DNA from: Spirochaetota bacterium
GTDB taxonomy: Bacteria > Spirochaetota > Brachyspiria > Brachyspirales > JACRPF01
Direction of reading: 5' to 3'
Assembly: GCA_016214035.1 (NCBI GenBank)
Contig: JACRPF010000012.1
Span: 3,051-67,050, forward strand
Length of the DNA: 64,000 nucleotides
In this document: in pieces, positions 56,526-64,000 of the stretch
Numbering within the stretch: position 1 is the first letter of the stretch
Layout: each line of letters begins with the position of its first letter
Translations under genes and position numbers: made by a program
The notes under the pieces: generated by a model
What the model was told of the DNA's origin: nothing
Databases searched by the model: none
What the model saw: the letters and a program-made list of their open reading frames with translations, nothing else

Positions 56526-59500
56526 TCAGGGAAATACGATTTCAAAGAACGGTGTGGCATGTATTAGCCGGGCTGTATCGAGCGTTAGCGACAAGATGCC
56601 ATTGGTGAAATCGCCCGATACACGTTCCGCGCGGCTGCCGTCCATATTGAGCGCGTAAATTACGGGGGCAGCAACGTGCTCTGTTTTCATCCGAAGCGAC
56701 AGACGTGCTGTTTCCATAAGTACGGGTAGCGTGCCGATTTCGGCGCAGAGCATGCGGGAGGTACTATCAAATGTCATGCCGGTATTCAGCGCATCGGTGG
56801 CGAAAATGAGCAGCTGCCGTTTGGCCGCTGCGATCGGCTTATCCTGATCAATCGACGCGACGGTAATGGATGCTGGCGCGGTGCAGCCCTCGATACGCAC
56901 ACTGCCGAGATTTATCTGTTCGTTTTTTTTCACTAAGGCGCCGACAAGCCGCGGGGTAATCACCATCAGCTTTCCCGCTTTTCCATCGAGTGTTATCTCG
57001 CCGGTTTCACTCTGATATATCCGAGCTTCCGGGTCGGTGCGGTTGCCGGCGGTAATGATGCCTGCCTGCCGCAATTGCTCGAGTAACGACGGGAATATTT
57101 TTTCATCGGAGGAGGACGCGCTGATGAACATGGCTGACACGCGGAGCGGGGAGAATGATGCCGGTGTTACCGTAAGTTCCGCATGCGCGGTGCCGACGGG
57201 AATGAGCGGCTGAACATCGGGGTACACGATACCGATTTTTGTCAGCATCGACAGTTGCGCATAGTCGTCGCCGATGGCGGCGAGATAGTTTTTGGGAAAC
57301 AGATCGCTGTCGGAAACACTGATGGCCACGGTGTGCGGTGCTGTGGCAACATCACCCCGTCCCCAGGTAAGGCGTTCCACGATGTCGGAAGCCCGCGAAA
57401 TAGGATCGACGGCATTGTCAAAAGTTATGAACGGCAATGACGTCGTGCGCGGTGTTGCCGTGACCGTGCCGTGTGTCGTCAGGCTGTCCCATCCCTGCAG
57501 CGCCGCATATGATCCGAAAAACAACCCACGTTCGTGACGATAGCGGTTGAACGCCGCGTGCGAATGTTCGGTGATCAAGAAAGGACGATCGAGAAACCGT
57601 GCCGCGGCGACTGAACGCACATACGGTGAATACGCTGCATGCAGTGAGCTGTCCTGGTGTGTCGATATATCGATGTTGGTATCGCCGCATATTTTGTTCC
57701 AGTTCGACGATTTCGCCGCGAGTTGTTTTGATGGCACGTTCTGCGGATGCGCGAAGTATGTGTGCTGGGCGATGACGGGCATTTTTGCCCGCACGGGAAT
57801 TTCCATCGTCCGGATTATCATGTCCCACTGACTGATGAGTCCGCCGTAACCGATTTCCCGCAGTGTGGCGACATACCAGTCGGTGGTCTCCTGCATTGCT
57901 TGTATGAGAAATGTCCCCGCGTCGCGCGACCGCGCATCGCCTTTTCTGAGCAATTCTTCGGAAATCTCCGGCAATACATCCCGTGAGGCGGTAGTGTCTC
58001 CCCACGCGGTACGTAACGCCTCGTCCGTTGTGTAGCGGTTCCTGATATACTGATGGAAATGCAGTGAATGAACTCGCATCGCGTTGGTGTCGAACAGAAG
58101 AATGTCCTGCTCATTGTACGGTTCAAGGAGAGCGATAATCGGATCGTCCTTGAGCGCGGTGCCCGTATAGGGATTTTTGTGGTTGAGCAGATACGCGGCA
58201 CCGGCTGCCCAGTGGCGACGATAGTTCGTGTCGTAGAGGAGTTGCACTTTAAAGGTAAGATCGCTACGGATCTTTTTCGGGCGCGGAGTGATGAATCCGT
58301 CTGCATAGCTCATGATGTCGAGGTTCAGGTAAATGCTGTGCTTTTTCAGGCAGGCGAGGAGATAGTCGAACGTGTCAATTGCGGCTGCGTCGAACGCAAT
58401 CGGATTGGCATCGCTGTTTACCATGAACGCGGTGAAGTCGGGCGCGTTCTGGAATTGTTTCATGCCGAGCAAAAAACGGTTCCCGGCCTGAAACCGGACC
58501 ATCGTATATCCCTGCCGCGCAGTTGCAGCGGCAAATTCCTCAAGTTCATCTTTGGAACGTGTATAGAGCGATCCGTCCCAATATTGCAGCCAGGTGTTAT
58601 GGGCGTGAAAACGCACCTGACGGTCGGGATGGCGTTCGAACGCGAGCCTGCCTGCGGTGTTGACGATAACCCGTCCTCGTCCTTCCACCGTTTCCGGAAT
58701 ATTCGCCATACGGGAAAAATCGAGCGCGGTGCCCGGTTGTACCATGAGGTTGTTCATGTTCACCGCTTTCCATGCCGCGCCGGGTTTGACGATAAATATA
58801 CCGCTGTCGCCGGGCGCACGGGTCGGTTTTCCGCAGATGAATTTCCACCCCGCCGAACCGCTCAGTACTTTTATCGCGATGAGATTCGTTCCCGAGCGTA
58901 CCGGCACATCGATGATATGATCGTTGACGGTGAAATCATGCGTTTCGTTTCCCCGGGGAACAGTACCGAATACCTTATCTCCGTTCATATAGACTTCAAG
59001 CCACCAGTCGGCGGCTACACCGATACGCATTTTACCCGAAAACGGTGCCGTGAATTGCTGATAGAAAACGGCACACTTCTTTTCTCGTACAGGTCCGAAG
59101 CGCTGCGCAAGATCGATCGCACCGCCCATAAGACGTATCGTTTGTGCCTGCCGCCCGGTCTGCGAGCCGGGTGATGTATCGGGCATTGATGAGTAATCGT
59201 CAGGCTGCGGTACATCGACAAACGCAAGCCAGTCTTCGGATAGCGAATAGGAGAGCATCTGCTCCGCTTCCGACAGCGATGCGGGGCCGAAGTACAGTGT
59301 CGCCGGTTCCGTGCCGAATTTTGCAAGCATGAAACGCGGTATTCCGAACGTACCGGTGCTGTCGTCGTCTGGGGTGAAAGAAAGTTTCATAGTTTGCCAT
59401 TCCGTCGTAACGGACCGTCCCGTCATCGAGCCGAACATCTTCCACGTCCCCGTCTGGTCGGGCACGAGCATGATGTCCCCCGTCACCGATGCCCTGCAGG

Positions 59501-59795
59501 TAAAAACGATGTCGTAAGTCTTCCCCGCCCGCAGTGTTCCAGTAAACAGTAATCGAAGTTGTACATCCCAGGGTGTTGTTGTACTCCTGAGTTTCTGCAG
59601 ATGTACGGCAAGTACGGATTTTCCGTCGGGCGTTTTTTCAGGGGCGATGTTCATGGTGACATCATTGCCCTTTGCGGGGCTGAGACGGATGTCGTTCAAT
59701 CCGTTCATATCCCATGTTTTCAGGGGTGCCGCGAGAAGCAGGCTAATGCCGGCAATGAATCCATACGCAACTGCAAGCTTTTTTTTCATGTTCAT
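56526..59795 (-). CDS. secreted multidomain putative glycoside hydrolase (CBM4/9-like N-terminus, clan GH-A-like TIM barrel)
   Basis: Trimmed to MNMKKKLAVAYGFIAGISLLLAAP (ATG at 59795). The N-terminal beta-sandwich segment resembles CBM4/9. The central barrel has ..ALLEPYNEQD.. (an NE acid/base-like motif). The function call is tentative. Confidence 0.8.
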   Translation of the reverse strand: MNMKKKLAVAYGFIAGISLLLAAPLKTWDMNGLNDIRLSPAKGNDVTMNIAPEKTPDGKSVLAVHLQKLRSTTTPWDVQLRLLFTGTLRAGKTYDIVFTCRASVTGDIMLVPDQTGTWKMFGSMTGRSVTTEWQTMKLSFTPDDDSTGTFGIPRFMLAKFGTEPATLYFGPASLSEAEQMLSYSLSEDWLAFVDVPQPDDYSSMPDTSPGSQTGRQAQTIRLMGGAIDLAQRFGPVREKKCAVFYQQFTAPFSGKMRIGVAADWWLEVYMNGDKVFGTVPRGNETHDFTVNDHIIDVPVRSGTNLIAIKVLSGSAGWKFICGKPTRAPGDSGIFIVKPGAAWKAVNMNNLMVQPGTALDFSRMANIPETVEGRGRVIVNTAGRLAFERHPDRQVRFHAHNTWLQYWDGSLYTRSKDELEEFAAATARQGYTMVRFQAGNRFLLGMKQFQNAPDFTAFMVNSDANPIAFDAAAIDTFDYLLACLKKHSIYLNLDIMSYADGFITPRPKKIRSDLTFKVQLLYDTNYRRHWAAGAAYLLNHKNPYTGTALKDDPIIALLEPYNEQDILLFDTNAMRVHSLHFHQYIRNRYTTDEALRTAWGDTTASRDVLPEISEELLRKGDARSRDAGTFLIQAMQETTDWYVATLREIGYGGLISQWDMIIRTMEIPVRAKMPVIAQHTYFAHPQNVPSKQLAAKSSNWNKICGDTNIDISTHQDSSLHAAYSPYVRSVAAARFLDRPFLITEHSHAAFNRYRHERGLFFGSYAALQGWDSLTTHGTVTATPRTTSLPFITFDNAVDPISRASDIVERLTWGRGDVATAPHTVAISVSDSDLFPKNYLAAIGDDYAQLSMLTKIGIVYPDVQPLIPVGTAHAELTVTPASFSPLRVSAMFISASSSDEKIFPSLLEQLRQAGIITAGNRTDPEARIYQSETGEITLDGKAGKLMVITPRLVGALVKKNEQINLGSVRIEGCTAPASITVASIDQDKPIAAAKRQLLIFATDALNTGMTFDSTSRMLCAEIGTLPVLMETARLSLRMKTEHVAAPVIYALNMDGSRAERVSGDFTNGILSLTLDTARLIHATPFFEIVFP

Positions 59796-60086
59796 TATCC
59801 CTGCTAGTATTTGGTAACTATATCCGCCCGTTTTATATTGATATACGTTATGATCGCACCAAAGACCGTTTCGGCAATCGCATTCTTTCCCGCGTTTCGG
59901 AATGCTCGATGACGTCGTTGTATGCGGATGCACATTACTCCTAGATATTCTAGGATATCGAATAATCTTATTGTACTATAAAATGGAAAAAGGTGCTATA
60001 AGAATTTGCCTACTTTCTATAAATATTTCTTGATGCAACATAACCGCCGCGTCAAGCCACGTGTGCGGCCGGTTGGCCGGGCAGGT

Positions 60087-60205
60087 ATTCGCGCAATTCG
60101 TTCGGGGAAAAACATCTTTCTCGAAGTACATTTTCCCCTTCACTACGCGCGCTCACTATAGTAAAAAGTAATGTCAGGGGTAAGGTTCAATATGTCGTTG
60201 ATAGC
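60087..60205 (+). repeat. ~120-nt direct repeat, copy 2
   Basis: ATTCGCGCAATTCGTTCGGGGAAAAACATCTTTCTCGAAGTACATTTTCCCCTTCACTACGCG...ATGTCAGGGGTAAGGTTCAATATGTCGTTGATAG. Translates as IRAIRSGKNIFLEVHFPLHYARSL*, against IRALRSVKHIFLERHFLLHYACSCREY* in copy 1. Confidence 0.75.
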
Positions 60206-60540
60206 AGTGCGTACGCCGCACCGAAGAAGTACACCTGTTATCCAATCGTGCGAACGCACCGCCCGAAGGTGAGTTCGCTTATTTTGAACAACAGGGATGC
60301 TTCCCGGAATGTAAATAATTCCCAACGGAATGCCAGTCATGTAACGGGAATTCTTAATAATCTCAATTGAACACCCTGATTTCAGCATTGAACGTATTGC
60401 CTTCGACTGGGAATGCAGCGCCTTCGGCCGCATGAAACGCAAAGAGCACGGGGTTTTGGTCACTGAGCGGTTTGCGCTGAGTGCTGTCGAAGCGAGTCGA
60501 AGTGCGACCCCGTGTGTGTCACGCGATATACCTACACGCA

Positions 60541-60635
60541 GGCGCGGTCACGCGGTCCCCGAGCTTAGTCGAGGGGTGACCGCGCCAGCGGCAATCACGA
60601 ATGCCGCCCCGCCAGAAGAATGCGATATAAGCTCT
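60541..60635 (+). repeat. GC-rich hairpin plus partial (3' half) copy of the dispersed repeat family
   Basis: 11-bp stem GGCGCGGTCAC...GTGACCGCGCC (60541-60551 / 60576-60586). The following GCGCCAGCGGCAATCACGAATGCCGCCCCGCCAGAAGAATGCGATATAAGC parallels GCGCCAGCGGTACCGGATGCACCGCGAGCGCGACGGTAATTA of copy C. Confidence 0.4.
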
Positions 60636-60800
60636 GCACCGAGGAGCATTCGGGCTTTGGCGGGCTTGTCGAACCATGAGCCGGTGCTCTGCAAGACGCG
60701 GGCCTGCTCCGTAATCGAATATACCCGGAAACTGCTTGCAAATTTCGGTGCGGTGTACAAGCGAATGAACGTGCGCGTATCTACCCGCCTAAGATAGGTC

Positions 60801-63530
60801 TCAGCGTACATGCGGTGAAACCGGCCTGCGTTTTCGCAGCCGGTTGCGGATGAATTTCTCGGCGGCAACGATGACCATGATGAGGGAGCTTGCGCCGATC
60901 ACCATCCCCCAGTCGATAAGCGATATCGGCGCACTGTGAAATGCGGTGTTCATGAACGGGACATACGTGAACGCGATCTGCAGGAGGAGCATCAGCAGAA
61001 CCCCGAGCCAGAGCGGCGGGTTGGAGAACATGCCTACGGAAAACACCGATAGACGGAGCGAGCGGCAGTTGAACAGATAGAAGATCTCGCCGAAAACGAA
61101 GATGTTGACGGCAATAGTCCGCGCCGCCGCTTCCGGCTCGCCGCGCGAAAGTGCTATCTCATACGCGATGAACGACGACGCGCACAGCAGTGAACCGACG
61201 GTGATGATGCGTGCGATGAGCGGCTTCGTGAGTATCGGCTCACCGGGCGCCCGCGGCGGACGTTCCATGATGCCCGGCTCCTTCGGTTCAAAGGCGAGCA
61301 TCAGCCCGAGCAGTATTGCGGTGGTCATGTTGATCCAGAGTATCTGAACGGGAAGGATGGGGAGGGCGATGCCCATGATGACGGCGATGAGGATGACGAG
61401 CCCCTCTCCGAAATTCGTGGGCAGTGTCCAGGTGATGAATTTCACCAGGTTGTCGTATACGCCGCGGCCTTCCTCAACGGCGGCTTTGATGGTCGCGAAG
61501 TTATCGTCCGTGAGCACCATGTCCGCGGATTCCTTGGCCACGTCGGTGCCGGTGATGCCCATCGCTACGCCGATGTCCGCCTGTTTGAGCGACGGCGCGT
61601 CGTTGACGCCGTCTCCGGTCATCGCAACGACATTGCCGTTGTGCTGCAGCGCACGGACCAGTCTGAGCTTGTCCTCAGGTGATACGCGGGCGAACACCGA
61701 GACCGTTTTGACCACGTCGGTCAATTCCCCGTCGCTCATCGCCGCTATTTTTTTGCCGTTGAGCGCGGTGTCCTTCGGTGCGGCGTCTGCAACTACGATG
61801 CCTATCTTCTGCGCAATGGCGAACGCGGTGAGCTCGTGGTCGCCGGTGATCATCTTCACGCTGATGCCGGCGCGGCGGCAGTCCGCAACCGCGGCAACGG
61901 CTTCCGGCCGCGGCGGATCGATCATCGCCTGCAGCCCGAGGAATGTCAGCCCGCTCTCGATATCCTGATGCGCCAGACGGCCGTGCGACGGCGGCATGCG
62001 CTTTTCCGCAAGCGCCAGCACCCGTAATCCTCCGGATGCGTACGAAGCAGCCGCGGTATGGATTGCTTCCCTCCCGGCATCGGTAAGCTCCGCGCGCGCG
62101 AGTATGCTCTCGACCGATCCTTTCACGCAGCAGATGCGGTCCGTGCCGCCGGTTTCATGCAGCGTTGCCATATACTGATACTGGGATTCAAAGGGAATGG
62201 CGTCGATGCGCGCGTGACGGCGTTCGTATTCCGGACGATGCACGCCGGCTTTTTCTGCGGCGACGATGAGCGCACCTTCCGTCGGATCGCCCTCGATGAT
62301 CCATCGCCCGTCTTTCTGCACCAGCCGTGAGTCGTTGCAGAGCGTCCCCGCGGCGAATATGCGTTCGAGCACGGGTATATCCGCCGCCCGGATAACGGCC
62401 GCATCTTTCATCACCGCGCCTTCCGGCGTGTACCCCACGCCCGTGACCTCATAGCGCGCGGCATCGGTCCAGACGCTCACCACGGTCATCTGATTCTGCG
62501 TGAGCGTTCCCGTCTTGTCGGAGCATATCACGGTGGTGCTCCCGAGTGTCTCAACGGCCGGAAGTTTTCTGATAATTGCATGCCGGCGCGCCATCGTAGA
62601 TACGCCTATGGCAAGCGTGATGGTGAGCGCCGCGGGCAGCCCTTCGGGAATGGCGCCGACGGCAAGCGCAACCGATGCCATGAACATTTCGATCACCGAT
62701 GAGCCGCGGTAGATCCCGACGGCGAAGGTGACGGCGGCGAGCCCGAGTATCACATACAGCATGAGCATGCTCAATCTGCCGAGCAGTCTGGTGAGCGGCG
62801 TTTCCAGCGAGACCGCGTTCGAGATCATCGCATTTATTTTTCCAATTTCGGTCGCATCGCCGACCGCGGTCACTGTCCCGGTGGCAGTGCCGTAGGTGAC
62901 ATAGGTGGAGGCGTATGCCATGCAGGTCCGCTCCGCGAGCACCGCATCGGGAGCCGCCGCGGTACTCGTCTTCTCAACAGCCACCGATTCCCCGGTGAGC
63001 GCCGATTCATCGATGCTGCAGTCACGCACGGCGATAAGCCGGAGATCAGCGGGTACCTGATCGCCCGACTGGAGCAGTACGATATCGCCTACGGTCAAAT
63101 CCCGTGCATCGATCCGCCGGCGGATGCCGTCGCGCAGCACCGTAGCCTCTTTGGTGACCGCCCGGGCCAGCGCGTCAATCGCATTCCGCGCACGGTATTC
63201 CTGCACGAATCCGATGACCGCATTGACAAACACCACGCCGAAGATCACCAGAGAATCCACAAGCTCTTTGAGCACGGCGGTAACCGTCGCGGCAACGATC
63301 AGGATGACGACGAGCGGCTGATTGAACTGCATAAGGAACAGCACGACAGGCGGGGTATTCCTTTTCCTGGTGAGCGCATTCAGCCCGTACGTATGCTGCC
63401 GTTCGGTAACCGCCTGTCCGGTGAGACCGAGCTTCGGATCGACGCCAAGCTGCCGGCAGACGGCACTGCCCTCCTGGTGATGGAACGGATCCGTCTTTTC
63501 CGCGGTATCGTTGGGTAGTATGTCAGGCAT
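60801..63530 (-). CDS. P2-type cation-transporting P-type ATPase (Ca2+/Na+-type)
   Basis: CSDKTGTLTQN phosphorylation site, TGDGVNDAPSLKQADIGVAMG hinge, and TM4 IPEGLPAALT. The start is set to the ATG at 63530 (MPDILPND, SD GAGGA); the track start at 63611 is a TTG. Confidence 0.9.
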   Translation of the reverse strand: MPDILPNDTAEKTDPFHHQEGSAVCRQLGVDPKLGLTGQAVTERQHTYGLNALTRKRNTPPVVLFLMQFNQPLVVILIVAATVTAVLKELVDSLVIFGVVFVNAVIGFVQEYRARNAIDALARAVTKEATVLRDGIRRRIDARDLTVGDIVLLQSGDQVPADLRLIAVRDCSIDESALTGESVAVEKTSTAAAPDAVLAERTCMAYASTYVTYGTATGTVTAVGDATEIGKINAMISNAVSLETPLTRLLGRLSMLMLYVILGLAAVTFAVGIYRGSSVIEMFMASVALAVGAIPEGLPAALTITLAIGVSTMARRHAIIRKLPAVETLGSTTVICSDKTGTLTQNQMTVVSVWTDAARYEVTGVGYTPEGAVMKDAAVIRAADIPVLERIFAAGTLCNDSRLVQKDGRWIIEGDPTEGALIVAAEKAGVHRPEYERRHARIDAIPFESQYQYMATLHETGGTDRICCVKGSVESILARAELTDAGREAIHTAAASYASGGLRVLALAEKRMPPSHGRLAHQDIESGLTFLGLQAMIDPPRPEAVAAVADCRRAGISVKMITGDHELTAFAIAQKIGIVVADAAPKDTALNGKKIAAMSDGELTDVVKTVSVFARVSPEDKLRLVRALQHNGNVVAMTGDGVNDAPSLKQADIGVAMGITGTDVAKESADMVLTDDNFATIKAAVEEGRGVYDNLVKFITWTLPTNFGEGLVILIAVIMGIALPILPVQILWINMTTAILLGLMLAFEPKEPGIMERPPRAPGEPILTKPLIARIITVGSLLCASSFIAYEIALSRGEPEAAARTIAVNIFVFGEIFYLFNCRSLRLSVFSVGMFSNPPLWLGVLLMLLLQIAFTYVPFMNTAFHSAPISLIDWGMVIGASSLIMVIVAAEKFIRNRLRKRRPVSPHVR

Positions 63531-63582
63531 GGCATCCTCGCATATAAAATGACCACCAGGTACGTCATCGGCGGTTTCATTG

Positions 63583-63611
63583 AGTGTACCGTAATAGAAC
63601 CGCTTCGTCAA
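63583..63611 (-). promoter_or_regulatory. possible sigma-70-type promoter for the P-type ATPase
   Basis: On the minus strand: TTGACG (63611-63606), 17-nt spacer, TACACT (63588-63583). Confidence 0.35.
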
Positions 63612-63655
63612 GACGGCTTACCATTTCTGTAGTTCTATCAGGAGGGTAACGGCAG

Positions 63656-64000
63656 TCAGTACACCCGCTGCGCCGCACCCGATTCCGGTATGAACCGGCG
63701 CACTTCGATGCGATGCTTCTTTATTCTGAGCATCATCGCGTGTTCGGTAAGTCCGAGGTCCCTTGCGGCCTCGTCGATGCTGCCCGACCTTCGTTTCAAC
63801 GCTTCCACCAGCATCTCGTTCTCAACAGCCGATAGCGCGCTCTCAAGCGAGCCCCGGCATTCGGTACGGGTAAGCACCGCCGTCTGCAGCGTGGGCGGCA
63901 GATGGTAGGAATGTATGACGCCGTCGCTGCTGAGTATCACGCCCCGTTCGATGCAGTGCTCTAGCTCGCGTACGTTTCCCGGCCAGTGGTAGCTCATGAG
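63656..64000 (-). CDS. sigma-54-dependent transcriptional activator, C-terminal part (5' end beyond window)
   Basis: The end of the AAA+ domain (YHWPGNVRELEHCIERGV) and the C-terminal Fis-type HTH (AARDLGLTEHAMMLRIKKHRI). The reading frame is open to the window edge. Confidence 0.8.
   Translation of the reverse strand, partial: LMSYHWPGNVRELEHCIERGVILSSDGVIHSYHLPPTLQTAVLTRTECRGSLESALSAVENEMLVEALKRRSGSIDEAARDLGLTEHAMMLRIKKHRIEVRRFIPESGAAQRVY

Noticed and set aside
58068-59174. 368-aa plus-strand ORF
   Set aside because: It lies entirely inside the 1089-aa minus-strand secreted protein and has a poor (Arg/Val-rich) composition.
60432-60868. ORFs 60432..60797 (+) and 60548..60868 (-)
   Set aside because: They are mutually overlapping ORFs over the repeat-rich GC-rich gap, and the second overlaps the ATPase 3' end. 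The translations are low-complexity.
63531-63655. Sigma-54 promoter (-24 GG / -12 GC) ahead of the P-type ATPase
   Set aside because: The candidates TGGTAAGCCGTCTTGA and TGGTCATTTTATATGC have the GG-to-GC spacing off by one and poor -12 elements.

Overview
This is a densely coded, moderately GC-rich bacterial chromosomal window with genes on both strands. I count about 55 credible protein genes. I saw no rRNA, tRNA or CRISPR array by eye.

Contents from left to right:
- A partial AraC regulator and a small OMP-like gene.
- A mannoside-type sugar cluster: phosphohexomutase, GH38 alpha-mannosidase, LacI regulator, and a large outer-membrane protein with a long leader.
- A RAYT-like Y1 transposase homologue with three REP-like palindromes, one of them inside its own CDS.
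- A Gfo/Idh/MocA oxidoreductase.
- An rpoN-hpf-ptsN-hprK-ptsH cluster with an unusually long HPF.
- A polyprenyl synthase and a sialate O-acetylesterase.
- DUF2721 and AraC genes, then an NhaD antiporter.
- yajC-secD-secF.
- Two URO-D-family paralogues with an AraC regulator.
- A complete N-type ATPase operon (atpDCQRBEFAG order).
- An M48 protease, DUF4870, DUF4389 and an M55 peptidase.
- lepA and metK.
- A cation-homeostasis island: cNMP-gated K+ channel, two tandem Kup genes, a fused double-DUF1538 membrane protein with a single-chain triple PII-like protein, a second NhaD, NhaA, and two unknown membrane proteins.
- A degraded mobile-element zone where ~120-nt direct repeats bracket a secreted CBM/glycosidase gene.
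- A P2-type cation ATPase and the 3' end of a sigma-54 activator.

The best candidate for an undescribed system is the DUF1538x2 / triple-PII pair (47.8-51.1 kb). Secondary curiosities:
- a REP palindrome embedded in-frame in the RAYT gene;
- an HPF with reiterated C-terminal modules;
- an N-ATPase c subunit lacking the Ser/Thr Na+ ligands;
- a dispersed intergenic repeat family.

All functional calls rest on motif recognition by eye. No database search or folding was possible.
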